Source: a virus
DNA: 64,000 nucleotides
Virus record (IMG/VR): IMGVR_UViG_3300021255_000027
Location: 3,239 to 67,238 of that record
Reading direction: 5' to 3' (one strand)
Part shown: piece after piece, positions 19,199 to 28,597 of the stretch
Layout of the letters: each line of letters begins with the position of its first letter
Numbering within the stretch: position 1 is the first letter of the stretch
The notes under the pieces: model-generated
Told to the model about the DNA's origin: nothing
What the model saw: the letters and a program-made list of their open reading frames with translations, nothing else
The model's database searches: none
Program-made: the position numbers and the translations under genes

Positions 19199-19894
19199 CT
19201 ATTCAGCGAATGATGTAGCCCTCCCGAAGAAGGTCTGTTGTGCCGGCTGGTTCGCATAAGTCTCCATCACTATCCCCGTGAGCCAGTCAATAATATTCTG
19301 TCTCAACAGACGGGATATCGGATAACTGGTTGCACTCTCGGAATAGAACTGCTCCTTGACAAACGAAAAGACGGCAATGGCATTTGATGGACTCCCAAGC
19401 CCTGCCACCGTTGTCGGCTTGAGAGTATAGTACTTAAAGGTAGGGGGAGTCACTGCTCCCTGCTGACGAACCAGCCTCGGTCTGTCATACCTGCCTCTTA
19501 TTCTTACATTTAGTTGTTTCCTCCCTTCGGGGGAGGCTTCTTTAAGCGCATCCGTGACAACGATATCGGAATCAACGGCACGGAATGCGACAAGTCTCAG
19601 ATAATTCGAGCCAGCCGAAGGGGTGAACGTCAGTACTCCATCTGATGAAACACTGACAGATCCCCCCTCGCTTGACCCGCTTTTCTTGAAAGTGTACTCC
19701 TCTCCCTCCAGCAAATGCACGGGTGCGATCTTATGGATCGCATTGATTGCTTCGGGCAGGTTCTTCTTGATGATGTCATCGAGCGAGAGATTGTCATTGT
19801 TCTCATCGGTGTACATCACGGATTCATTGAGACCGGCCTCGTCAAGGTTCTTTCTTACGAGCGTTATGGCTGTTGCTGTGGAGAGAGTAGTCAT
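19199..19894 (-). CDS. putative head-tail adaptor/tail tubular protein
   Basis: Position after capsid; size; VRKNLDE...LPEAI N-terminus. Confidence 0.55.
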   Translation of the reverse strand: MTTLSTATAITLVRKNLDEAGLNESVMYTDENNDNLSLDDIIKKNLPEAINAIHKIAPVHLLEGEEYTFKKSGSSEGGSVSVSSDGVLTFTPSAGSNYLRLVAFRAVDSDIVVTDALKEASPEGRKQLNVRIRGRYDRPRLVRQQGAVTPPTFKYYTLKPTTVAGLGSPSNAIAVFSFVKEQFYSESATSYPISRLLRQNIIDWLTGIVMETYANQPAQQTFFGRATSFAE

Positions 19895-20307
19895 TATTCG
19901 TAAAGATTAGGGAAGGACACGCCAATCTTGGCTGCGTACTTCTTAATGGAATCATCGTCCTTGAGGTGTGTCGCTTTTGCTCCGTTCTGCTTGAGGAACA
20001 TAATCGCATCCTCCTTGCTGGTTATCTCCGGATGAGCGGTGAGGGCAGGGGTCTCGGAGACCGCTGCTTTCTTTTCTTCGCTTTCTTCCGACACACGGAC
20101 GATCTTGATAAGGTGGCCGAACTCCTTGCTGTTCTCAATGATCCCCTGGATGACGGGGTTGGCGGTGGTGTAGGTGGCAGGACGATTCTGGAGACCAGCA
20201 CCTATGCGGCCTCTGCCGAATTCTGCCGTGAACCAAGCCTTGCCTTCGTTGATGGGGAAATTGATAATGGCCTGGGTCTGGCCGTAAATACCATATTGCT
20301 TCAGCAT
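19894..20307 (-). CDS. hypothetical virion-associated protein
   Basis: ORF track; follows capsid gene. Confidence 0.7.
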   Translation of the reverse strand: MLKQYGIYGQTQAIINFPINEGKAWFTAEFGRGRIGAGLQNRPATYTTANPVIQGIIENSKEFGHLIKIVRVSEESEEKKAAVSETPALTAHPEITSKEDAIMFLKQNGAKATHLKDDDSIKKYAAKIGVSFPNLYE

Positions 20308-20323
20308 ATTAACGATGTTTTAG

Positions 20324-20352
20324 AAAAGCGGAGCGGGCTATCCCCGCCCCGC
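20324..20352 (-). terminator. intrinsic terminator after capsid gene
   Basis: GCGGGGCGGG-GATAG-CCCGCTCCGC followed by TTTT on the - strand. Confidence 0.75.
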
Positions 20353-20366
20353 AGATGAATTTCAGA

Positions 20367-22103
20367 TTAGGCCCTTACGACTCCCTGGAACTTGACCCAG
20401 GTATTGAGGTCGGTGTCCCACTCAACGATGTCAGCCTTCTTGAAGCCGGCAGTTGCATCGTCAGCGGTGAGGTAGTACTTGAGGAGCTTCGCAGCGGAGG
20501 TGAGAGCAGATCCGGTAGGAAGAGCGGACACGCTGGTGAAGGAAGCAACGATACCACCAAGGTTGGCCTGGGTGAGAGCAGCGTTGGCAGGAAGGACGAG
20601 CATGCTGTTGAATCCGTTGAGAGCAACGCAGTCATACTTGCAGAGGTTGTACTCCTTGGCCTCACGAGCCTCGGCAGTCTTGCTCATGTCACGGGTGGTG
20701 GTCTTCTTATTGACCATGTACGGACGGGTAGCATGACGGAGGTCAACAACGATCATAGCCTCTTCGTAGCCGATATCGTTCAGGGTAGGATCGTAGACGA
20801 ATTCGAATGAACCGAAGTTGTCACGATAGTTGCGAACCTTGATACCGTAGTCATTGACTTCGACCCTGCCGACATCCTTGTACTTATCAGCACTGTTGAC
20901 GAGCTTGATGAGCCTCTGCATAGCCTTCTTTCCGCAGAAGACGGTAGCCTCATCGGACTGGCTGTTATCGGTGAACTGGAGGGTGGACATCACGAGGAGG
21001 TCATCATCGGTGAGAGCATTGCCGGAGAGGGTGTAGAGCATATTGAGCTGACGGAGAATACCGTTCTCAAAGTACACGGACTCACGGTTTCCAGTCTCAG
21101 GGACAAAGACATCAACACGAGCCTTAGTTCCGTTCCAGTGGGAGCGGGCGCACTCACGCTTGAAGTTGTACTCGGCATTGGCGAGGATCTTCTGCTTGGT
21201 GTGAGGGACTTTCTTGATCTGCTCCTCAAGGGCATCGGTGATAACGCAGGTGACGATCTTCTTCTGGAGGAAGACATCGAACTTCTCAGGCAGATAGGTC
21301 TCGGAAGCAACATGCATCTGGGACTCTGCGCAAGCGGTAGCCATGCTCTTGAACTCAGCGTACTGAGGGATGGAAACGGTGGTAGGAGTGGTGGCATCAA
21401 TAGGAGGGTTGATGACCTTGAACTGAACCAGATCGCTTGAATCCTTGTGGTCAAGCACGAAGAGCATCAGTTCGCCATCGGCAACCTCATTGCCACTCTC
21501 ATCCTTCTTGTAACCTGCAACACCCTTCACAACGACAGTAGAGAACTCGGTGAGGCACTCAGGGTTGTCAAAGTTGGCAACGGCCATCTTGAGGACGTTA
21601 TTGGTCTTGTTGTAAGGAGTGGTGGAGGCAGCAGCAGGAGAGATGGTAACTGCGCTACCATTCCAGACTGCATCCAGATCGGTGGAGCCAGTCCTCCAAT
21701 GTCCGTGGACAGGGCTGTTCACCTTGACCGGACGGCACTGACGGGCGATGTAGGTCTCAATAGGGAAGGCGAAAGGACGGAACTCGTCAACATCCTTGTC
21801 ATAGTCTTCGGCCTCAAGACCGGCATCACGGACATCGGTAGCGGTAGCGGCCTTGCCCTGGAGCTGGGTCTTGCCACCCTGCTCGTCAGTCTGAAGAGCC
21901 TCATCTGCAGGACGGCCACCAGGGTTGGTGGTTGCGTCATAGGTGTCCATGTTCTCTGAAGGGTTGGCGTCAGGAGACAACTCAACGGGGTCAACAACTG
22001 CCATAGCGAAACCGAGATCTGCACCCAGCAGAGCTGCGGCAACCACAAGCAGCGATGACAGGACGCTCATCTTGTGGGTCTTAAGAAAATTATAAATTCC
22101 CAT
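20367..22103 (-). CDS. major capsid protein (with N-terminal hydrophobic segment)
   Basis: Follows scaffold; strong codon bias; downstream terminator; LQKKIVTCVIT...FKRECARSHWNG resembles HK97-fold spine. Confidence 0.75.
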   Translation of the reverse strand: MGIYNFLKTHKMSVLSSLLVVAAALLGADLGFAMAVVDPVELSPDANPSENMDTYDATTNPGGRPADEALQTDEQGGKTQLQGKAATATDVRDAGLEAEDYDKDVDEFRPFAFPIETYIARQCRPVKVNSPVHGHWRTGSTDLDAVWNGSAVTISPAAASTTPYNKTNNVLKMAVANFDNPECLTEFSTVVVKGVAGYKKDESGNEVADGELMLFVLDHKDSSDLVQFKVINPPIDATTPTTVSIPQYAEFKSMATACAESQMHVASETYLPEKFDVFLQKKIVTCVITDALEEQIKKVPHTKQKILANAEYNFKRECARSHWNGTKARVDVFVPETGNRESVYFENGILRQLNMLYTLSGNALTDDDLLVMSTLQFTDNSQSDEATVFCGKKAMQRLIKLVNSADKYKDVGRVEVNDYGIKVRNYRDNFGSFEFVYDPTLNDIGYEEAMIVVDLRHATRPYMVNKKTTTRDMSKTAEAREAKEYNLCKYDCVALNGFNSMLVLPANAALTQANLGGIVASFTSVSALPTGSALTSAAKLLKYYLTADDATAGFKKADIVEWDTDLNTWVKFQGVVRA

Positions 22104-22129
22104 ATCGATAAGATTTTATGAGTTTTCGA

Positions 22130-22897
22130 TTAGCGTATTCCAGCCCACGGACTCGTGGTTTCCGTTCTGGGGGCTTTCTCTCTTACCCTTGCTCCCTGTC
22201 CTCCGGGGATTGCGGGAGGCATGGCGTTAGAGGTGCTACGATCACGTCTGGTGACAGCGATCTTGGCGTTGCGCCCGCTCACTTCACCTTCCTGACGGGC
22301 AAGAGCCACGTCCGAGTCGTGATTAATTGCATTGAGTGCGAGGTCGAAGTCTTCGGTGGAATACTTGTTCACCATCCCGTTGAAGGCAATGGACAGGAGC
22401 CTCAGCATGACATCACGCTTCTGCTCAAGGGACAGACCCTTTGAGTTGCCCCACTCCTCCAAGTCTGACAGCGACTTGTTCCAGTTCTCTTCGGCCTCCT
22501 GATTGAGGGCATCGTTGGCGGATTTCCTTTCCCTCCAAGAGTCCAACTGACTCTTGAACTGGGACTGGCTCTCCTCACTGATGCCGAGGTCATCACCGAA
22601 TGTCTCCACCAGGGCTGTCCTGGGATCTCCGGTTTCGACCCATCTCTGAATGAACTCTGCGCTACTCGGATCGGTGAGCAACAGTTCCTTCAGCCTGCTG
22701 TCCTTCTCGTCATAAGCGGTCTGCCTGGTCGAGTAGTCCTGCAGCATCTCGTCTATTGCTTCATCCAGATCGGAAACCCCTTCCTGCGGCTCGGTTGCAT
22801 CCAGGTCAGCGAAGGTTCGATCAGGGAAACGCTCCCTTGCACGGGCAAGAAGGTCGGCTCGTGGGGAGGTTCTGTTCATTTCTTCTGAATTAGCCAT
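22130..22897 (-). CDS. putative scaffolding protein
   Basis: Acidic, helical, directly upstream of capsid. Confidence 0.65.
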   Translation of the reverse strand: MANSEEMNRTSPRADLLARARERFPDRTFADLDATEPQEGVSDLDEAIDEMLQDYSTRQTAYDEKDSRLKELLLTDPSSAEFIQRWVETGDPRTALVETFGDDLGISEESQSQFKSQLDSWRERKSANDALNQEAEENWNKSLSDLEEWGNSKGLSLEQKRDVMLRLLSIAFNGMVNKYSTEDFDLALNAINHDSDVALARQEGEVSGRNAKIAVTRRDRSTSNAMPPAIPGGQGARVREKAPRTETTSPWAGIR

Positions 22898-22950
22898 TGA
22901 TGAATCGTAATTAGTTTGGGTCAAAAATAACTTTGGCATCGCTCGCATAA

Positions 22951-22966
22951 GGTCTATCTTTCCCCA
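22951..22966 (-). promoter_or_regulatory. late-operon motif TGGGGAAAGATAGACC copy 1
   Basis: Identical 16-mer at four sites; 54 nt from scaffold ATG. Confidence 0.75.
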
Positions 22967-23016
22967 TTTAACTAAACATTGTGCAAGAACTTGCGCAAGA
23001 ATAGGTTAAATCTTTT

Positions 23017-23024
23017 TACCTTTG
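23017..23024 (+). promoter_or_regulatory. Bacteroidota -7 promoter element
   Basis: TACCTTTG matches TAnnTTTG upstream of the 23039 ATG. Confidence 0.6.
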
Positions 23025-23038
23025 CAATAAAGGAGAGA

Positions 23039-23449
23039 ATGAGAGATACCGAACTGATTAGGGCGAAAGAGCAAGCCTTGTATGCCGTCTACAAGAGAGG
23101 ACTGGAGGAGGGTCGCTTCAAATCTTTCCGGGAAGCAGGGGAATGGACGAGGAAACAGCCCGCCCCCAGGTATTTCATTGACTCTCGCACGGCTTCATTG
23201 CTATTGGGAAAGATTCACAACCAGTCTTTCCTGATGGGGCTTCACCCCGCTTCACGGAGACTAATCCTCCATCTCGACTCTAAATACAAGGAATACCTTC
23301 ACGAACATCCTAAAAGCACGTTATCCAGAGAAAGGATAATGGAACTGCTCGTGGAAGAACCCGCCCCCGAATTCTACATAACCGGGGAAGGAGCGAGGAA
23401 GATAATACGCAAGGTGATAAAAGGAATCAGGGAGAAGTGGGGACAATGA
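23039..23449 (+). CDS. hypothetical basic protein, possible transcription regulator
   Basis: Internal repeat PAPRYFID/PAPEFYIT each followed by a helix. Confidence 0.65.
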   Translation: MRDTELIRAKEQALYAVYKRGLEEGRFKSFREAGEWTRKQPAPRYFIDSRTASLLLGKIHNQSFLMGLHPASRRLILHLDSKYKEYLHEHPKSTLSRERIMELLVEEPAPEFYITGEGARKIIRKVIKGIREKWGQ

Positions 23450-23940
23450 GATACGTTCTGATCATACTCATGATAGCGGTGTATGCCATCTTCGGCATAC
23501 CGACATGGTTGGAGATGGGGGAGTCCCCTTATCTTGCCAGGGCATTGGCCTATTCTTTCTTCCACGCTTCCCTCTGGCATCTGGCCGTGAACTCCCTTGC
23601 CACATGGACTCTTTACAGAAATGCAAGTTTCTGCAAGGCTTGCAAGGAATTGCTTGTCGCTTTCCTCATCGCAGTGGCCGTCTACCCTCTCTCGTTCCGT
23701 CCCGTAATCGGATTCTCAAACGTACTCTATGCCACCATAGGCATGCGTACACCACCGCTATCCTCACCATGGTGGAGGAAGTCTCCCGTGATAGTCTTCC
23801 TTGCCGTGACCGTTGCCATGTTTTTCATACCGAGGTTCAGTGCCACGACACACGTAGCGGCATTCGCTCTGGGAATAGGATACGCCTATCTGCGGAGATT
23901 CCATAAATCAATCATGAACGATGCAGGGCGCTATCTATAA
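23446..23940 (+). CDS. rhomboid-family intramembrane serine protease
   Basis: FFHASLWHLAVN, IGFSNV (GxS catalytic Ser), TTHVAAFALG (catalytic His); multi-TM. Confidence 0.75.
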   Translation: MRYVLIILMIAVYAIFGIPTWLEMGESPYLARALAYSFFHASLWHLAVNSLATWTLYRNASFCKACKELLVAFLIAVAVYPLSFRPVIGFSNVLYATIGMRTPPLSSPWWRKSPVIVFLAVTVAMFFIPRFSATTHVAAFALGIGYAYLRRFHKSIMNDAGRYL

Positions 23941-26023
23941 ACAGATCATCGAGGAGAATGAAGCCAGGCTTCATCGGTTGCGGGCAGAGTATGATCCCGT
24001 GACGGGTGAGGGTCTTGCCGAGCTGCTTGGTGAGGAGAGGGTGAAACTTGAGATATCGGACTTCTCCATCCCCGTCCAATGGGTTCCGAAGGAGATGATG
24101 AAGAATCCTCTTATCAAGGAGGTGGCCAAAGCGGGGAGCATCGAGACTTATATTGAAAAACATAAATGGAAATACAGTACTCCGACCCATCTTGACATAG
24201 AAAGACGCATCAGGCGAATCCGCCATAAGCACGACTTCTGTCATTGGGCATTCTTCTGTATCTGGATCAAGCACAAGAAACTCAAAAGAAGAGTCCGTTT
24301 CAAGCTGAACCTCCCCCAGCTCATTGTGCTTTCCAAATGCGAGGAACTGCGAAGGGCCGGAGAGCCTATTGCGTTGATCATCCTCAAGGCCAGACAGTGG
24401 GGAGGATCGACCTTCTGCTTCTTCTACCAGGTCTGGCTGCAGTTCAAGTGGAACGAGTTCCATTCCTTCGCCATTGCAGCGCACACCTCCTCGGCATCCG
24501 AGACCATCCTCAATATGCTCAAGCGATCCATCAAGGATTATCCGGCATGGGATCTCGGACTTGAGGACGGTACGGAACTGCGGCTCGCCCCTGCCGACAC
24601 ATCCGGCCATGCCTTCACCCTCAAGGATCAGGATAACAAGCAGGTGTTGGAAGGGTTCATCTATGTGGGTACTGCCGAGAAACCCGACACCCTCCGTTCA
24701 AAGGATATCTCCGGTGCGCATTACTCCGAGGTCGGAGTCTGGCCTGACACTCCCGGCAAGCAGGCAGAGGATATCATTGCAGACATCCAGGGAGGTCTCC
24801 TTGAGGACACGGAGACGATGGAGGTCATGGAGTCCACGGCCAAGTCTTCCGATGATTACTTCCATGCGGTCTGGGAGTCATGTGTCGGTGGGGAAGGTGG
24901 CTATGTCCCCGTGTTCATCTCCTTCATCCAGATCGAGAACGATGTCAGGGAGATAAAGGACATGAAAGCCTTCGTGTCCTGGCTCTATGAACACAAGGAT
25001 GAGGAGCGTCCCAACGGCAAGTGGAGGGACAGTGGCAAGTACTACTGGTGGTTGTGGGAGCTTGGTGCTACCCTCGAACACATCAACTGGTATCGTTATC
25101 GCAGGCTCAAGCTCTCCTTCGCCAAGATGTGCAACGAAGCCCCCGCCACTCCGGAGCAGGCGTTCATCACTGCAGGACAGAAGGTCTTCGACCCGTTTGA
25201 GGTGGCGAGGAAGAGGGAGAAGTGCAGGGAGCCGGTGATGGTCGGTGACCTGATAAGCGATGCCCATGAAGGAGCGGAGGTGCTGGACAACATCCGTTTC
25301 ATCCCCAACTCATCCGGTGCGCTCAAGGTCTGGGAAGAACCGGACGATTCTCCCATCTCCAACAGATATGTCGTTGCAGTGGATATCGGTGGTCCGAATG
25401 ACACCTCCGACTGGTCTTCTGTCAGAGTCCTCGACAGGCTCATGATGATGCCGGACTTCGGCCTTGCGGGGAAGCCGAATGTGGTAGCGGAGATGCATTA
25501 CCACATCGACCATGACAAGCTGGCCTACGATGCCTTGAGGCTTGCGGAATGGTACAACCATGCACTGCTGGTCATAGAGTCCAACACCCTTGAGACCCAT
25601 AAGAAAGACCACAATGCCGATGAGGATGGCTTCGAGTACATCCTTGACATCATTGCAGACCTCTATGACAATCTGTACATGCGCCAGACCAAGGAGGAGG
25701 ATGTCAAGGAGGGAGTGATAGGGAAGTGGGGATTCCACACCAATGCACTCACCAAGCCGAAGATCATTGACAACATGCGCACCTGTCTGAGGGATGACCT
25801 CTGGGATGAGCCAAGCACCCTCTGTCTAGATGAGATGTCCATGTACGTGGATGAGAAAGGACAGTATACCGCACCTCCGGGCAAGCATGATGATGTCCTC
25901 ATGGCCACGGCCATCCTGCTCTGGGTGGGATTCAAGGAGATGCCCATGCCCGCTTGGATAAGGCAGAGGGAGAAGAGCAGAGTGGAAGTGGAAGGGGACA
26001 GGATGGGACTGACCAACATTTAA
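23921..26023 (+). CDS. terL: terminase large subunit
   Basis: LKARQWGGST Walker A, MEST motif, VAVDIGG and HDDVLMA nuclease motifs. Confidence 0.92.
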   Translation: MQGAIYKQIIEENEARLHRLRAEYDPVTGEGLAELLGEERVKLEISDFSIPVQWVPKEMMKNPLIKEVAKAGSIETYIEKHKWKYSTPTHLDIERRIRRIRHKHDFCHWAFFCIWIKHKKLKRRVRFKLNLPQLIVLSKCEELRRAGEPIALIILKARQWGGSTFCFFYQVWLQFKWNEFHSFAIAAHTSSASETILNMLKRSIKDYPAWDLGLEDGTELRLAPADTSGHAFTLKDQDNKQVLEGFIYVGTAEKPDTLRSKDISGAHYSEVGVWPDTPGKQAEDIIADIQGGLLEDTETMEVMESTAKSSDDYFHAVWESCVGGEGGYVPVFISFIQIENDVREIKDMKAFVSWLYEHKDEERPNGKWRDSGKYYWWLWELGATLEHINWYRYRRLKLSFAKMCNEAPATPEQAFITAGQKVFDPFEVARKREKCREPVMVGDLISDAHEGAEVLDNIRFIPNSSGALKVWEEPDDSPISNRYVVAVDIGGPNDTSDWSSVRVLDRLMMMPDFGLAGKPNVVAEMHYHIDHDKLAYDALRLAEWYNHALLVIESNTLETHKKDHNADEDGFEYILDIIADLYDNLYMRQTKEEDVKEGVIGKWGFHTNALTKPKIIDNMRTCLRDDLWDEPSTLCLDEMSMYVDEKGQYTAPPGKHDDVLMATAILLWVGFKEMPMPAWIRQREKSRVEVEGDRMGLTNI

Positions 26024-26034
26024 CACCATCAGAT

Positions 26035-26400
26035 ATGAAATTCTTAAAGAAACTTTTCCGCAGGCCGGCAATCATGCTGGTCACGCTCTGGGCTAACCGG
26101 ACGTACAACCAAGGAGTCAAGGCTGCCGAACTAAGGCATCGCAAGGAGAAGAGGACAATCTACCTTGCCGCACAGACCTTCCATCCAGACAGGCTCGTGA
26201 CCTACACGAGGGAGACCTTCCGCATGCAGAAGAAGGTGTTCGGCTACAAGGCACGGCTTCTGACCATCAACACTCTCCGTGAGGGATGCTATTACTACAC
26301 CACCGACAAGTTCGGTCAGCACGGCATGACAGAGAGGGAGAAGGAAGTGAGGAGGAAAGCCTTCGTCAGGGAGAGGCTGATGCTCGCCAAACTGATATAA
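26035..26400 (+). CDS. hypothetical basic protein
   Basis: ORF track; ATG just after terL stop. Confidence 0.65.
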   Translation: MKFLKKLFRRPAIMLVTLWANRTYNQGVKAAELRHRKEKRTIYLAAQTFHPDRLVTYTRETFRMQKKVFGYKARLLTINTLREGCYYYTTDKFGQHGMTEREKEVRRKAFVRERLMLAKLI

Positions 26401-26403
26401 GAA

Positions 26404-26433
26404 TAGCCTCCGGGATTCACATCCGAGAGGCTA
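26404..26433 (-). terminator. terminator between convergent genes (GUGA tetraloop on - strand)
   Basis: TAGCCTC...GAGGCTA stem. Confidence 0.65.
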
Positions 26434-26462
26434 CATCAAAATATGCAAGAGAAATAATCAGA

Positions 26463-28520
26463 CTATTCAGGCCGATACATGTTCATCGACCTTACTACTG
26501 CCGCTTCGTCTCGTGACAAACCGGAGTCAGTCTGTACGGGTCTTCCTTGAACGACATCCTGCGCTCCCTGCGGAGGGGCTGTAGACGGCATGGCCGCTCC
26601 TTGCATCGCCTCGGCCTCGGCCTGCCTTGCCTGCCTACCCTGCAGGATCTTGTCCGCATACGGCACATCGGCAATCTCAAGGTATTCCTCGAAGGTGATG
26701 AGTCCGTTCAGCAGGAACTCCTTGGCATCCTGGTTGATGACGGCACGGAACACGGGAGTGTCTGCGCTTTCCTTTATCTTGATGTCATACTCAAGGTCAC
26801 CTACCTCATTGAGATTGAGGTTGGCGTTGTCGTATGCTCCATCCAGTCTTCCGGCAATGCTTGTGAACCTTGCAGTGTCATAGAACATTGCAATATTCTT
26901 CATCTTCTTGTAGAGGATGGACTCCTTGAACTTGCGGAAGTCTTCCATCAGTCCGGCAATAGGAGTGGAAGCATTCGTCACCATCTGTGCATAGAGCGCA
27001 CCGGACGTTGATGCCCCAGGGGCTTTACCCTGCATCGCTCCATTGACCGGAGTACCACTCTCCATCAGACGGGAATAGGTGGCGATGAGGCTGCTCACAT
27101 CGAAGTTCTGTGCAGCACCGAAGAAGACCTTCGGCATCAGTCCTTCCTGTCCCGGTTTCATGTCGATGTACACCATGTCATCGATGGAAGTCCAGCTCTT
27201 TGCGAAATCCTCGAAACTCACGTCATCGGGGACGATGGCCTTCGGGACAACGGTGACACCCTTCGCCTGTGAACGGAGGAGCCAGTCGTGAAGCACTATC
27301 GCACGGTTGATGGCGATATTGTGGTCGATGGCATCGTTCATGTAGCCCGTGAGCTTGCCGTCCACGAAGGGGAATGCGCAGAAGGAGAAAGGATGGCTTC
27401 TGTCTGCATAGGGTGACTCACCCTCCCAGAGGATAGTCCCATCGGGTGCAAGGAACCGACAATACCAGTAGGTGTCAATGAAGAATCCGTTCCTCTCGTC
27501 CTCCTCATTGCCATACCCGTCACCAACGATATAAGGGACATCGGAGTCAGACCACCCGGCACTTGCCGCCAGTTTCTTCCTCCTTTCGTTCTCCATCTTT
27601 ATCTGCTTGCGATAGGCACGGTCATCGGCATCAATGATCTCTTCCGTTCCGGCATTCATGTCATGAAGACGGATTCTAGGCTTCGTCTCCCTTGTCCAGA
27701 CCTCGAAGACCCTGCACTTGGTAGAGTCGGTAGGACGGAGGAAGACCATGTCATCCTCATCATGCCTGTCGGTAATCTCATCTATATCCTCTTCTTTGAA
27801 GGTGGCGGACTGGTCGGCATAGATGTCTCGGAGGGTTTCATAGTCTCCCATCTTATGTGCGAACATGGCGCAGACTTCCTCGAAGCTCTTGTCAAAGAAC
27901 TGCCCCACGAGGGTGACATCCCAGAAGCGGGGATCGACTGCCTCGCTCTCGAAGAATATCTGGTTGGGGTTGCAGTAGGTAGTCCATGAGTCGAGCCTTC
28001 TGCTGGGGCCGGATGTGTCATCATAAGCCTCATGAGCAACGGCTAGTCCTCCGATGCAGACATCCTTGAGGAACTTGATCTCCAATTCCGTGAGGAGGTT
28101 CTTCTCGCAGTTTGCCTGCAGAGCCACGGTCATTATCTCTCCGTACTGCTGCTCATCCCTATCGATGGCATGGCAGACGGGTTCGCTCTTGTCCTTGATC
28201 ATGACACCCACGATGGTGTCCACCTTGTTCTTGATTTGGTTGGTCTGGATGACTACATTGCCCTGCTGCATCAGATACTCACGATAGGTCATCGCCTGAC
28301 CGTTCACCGTGATCGTATCCGCCCACTGGTCACCATAGGCGAACCGGACACCCCTTGCCCTCTGCTGGCGGAACTCATCCAGGTTGCCCCAGACCGTCTC
28401 GCACCTCTGGAGCAGGGCTACGTCCTTGTCCTTGAAGTTGAGCTTGGCTTGCCTCGCCTTCACGGAATTCATCTCGGTGAGGGTACTGCCTCGCTTTATG
28501 AGTCTGGTTGCCTTAAACAT
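26463..28520 (-). CDS. portal protein (P22/podovirus-like)
   Basis: GDQW, NQIKNKVDTIVG, HPFSFCAFPF, QGKAPGASTSG motifs; size. Confidence 0.85.
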   Translation of the reverse strand: MFKATRLIKRGSTLTEMNSVKARQAKLNFKDKDVALLQRCETVWGNLDEFRQQRARGVRFAYGDQWADTITVNGQAMTYREYLMQQGNVVIQTNQIKNKVDTIVGVMIKDKSEPVCHAIDRDEQQYGEIMTVALQANCEKNLLTELEIKFLKDVCIGGLAVAHEAYDDTSGPSRRLDSWTTYCNPNQIFFESEAVDPRFWDVTLVGQFFDKSFEEVCAMFAHKMGDYETLRDIYADQSATFKEEDIDEITDRHDEDDMVFLRPTDSTKCRVFEVWTRETKPRIRLHDMNAGTEEIIDADDRAYRKQIKMENERRKKLAASAGWSDSDVPYIVGDGYGNEEDERNGFFIDTYWYCRFLAPDGTILWEGESPYADRSHPFSFCAFPFVDGKLTGYMNDAIDHNIAINRAIVLHDWLLRSQAKGVTVVPKAIVPDDVSFEDFAKSWTSIDDMVYIDMKPGQEGLMPKVFFGAAQNFDVSSLIATYSRLMESGTPVNGAMQGKAPGASTSGALYAQMVTNASTPIAGLMEDFRKFKESILYKKMKNIAMFYDTARFTSIAGRLDGAYDNANLNLNEVGDLEYDIKIKESADTPVFRAVINQDAKEFLLNGLITFEEYLEIADVPYADKILQGRQARQAEAEAMQGAAMPSTAPPQGAQDVVQGRPVQTDSGLSRDEAAVVRSMNMYRPE

Positions 28521-28577
28521 AAGTGACGAATTAATATACACTACGCAACGAAAATAGGGATGCTTTCGCACCCCTAT

Positions 28578-28593
28578 GGTCTATCTTTCCCCA
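28578..28593 (-). promoter_or_regulatory. late-operon motif copy 2
   Basis: Identical 16-mer; 58 nt from portal ATG. Confidence 0.75.
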
Positions 28594-28597
28594 ATTT

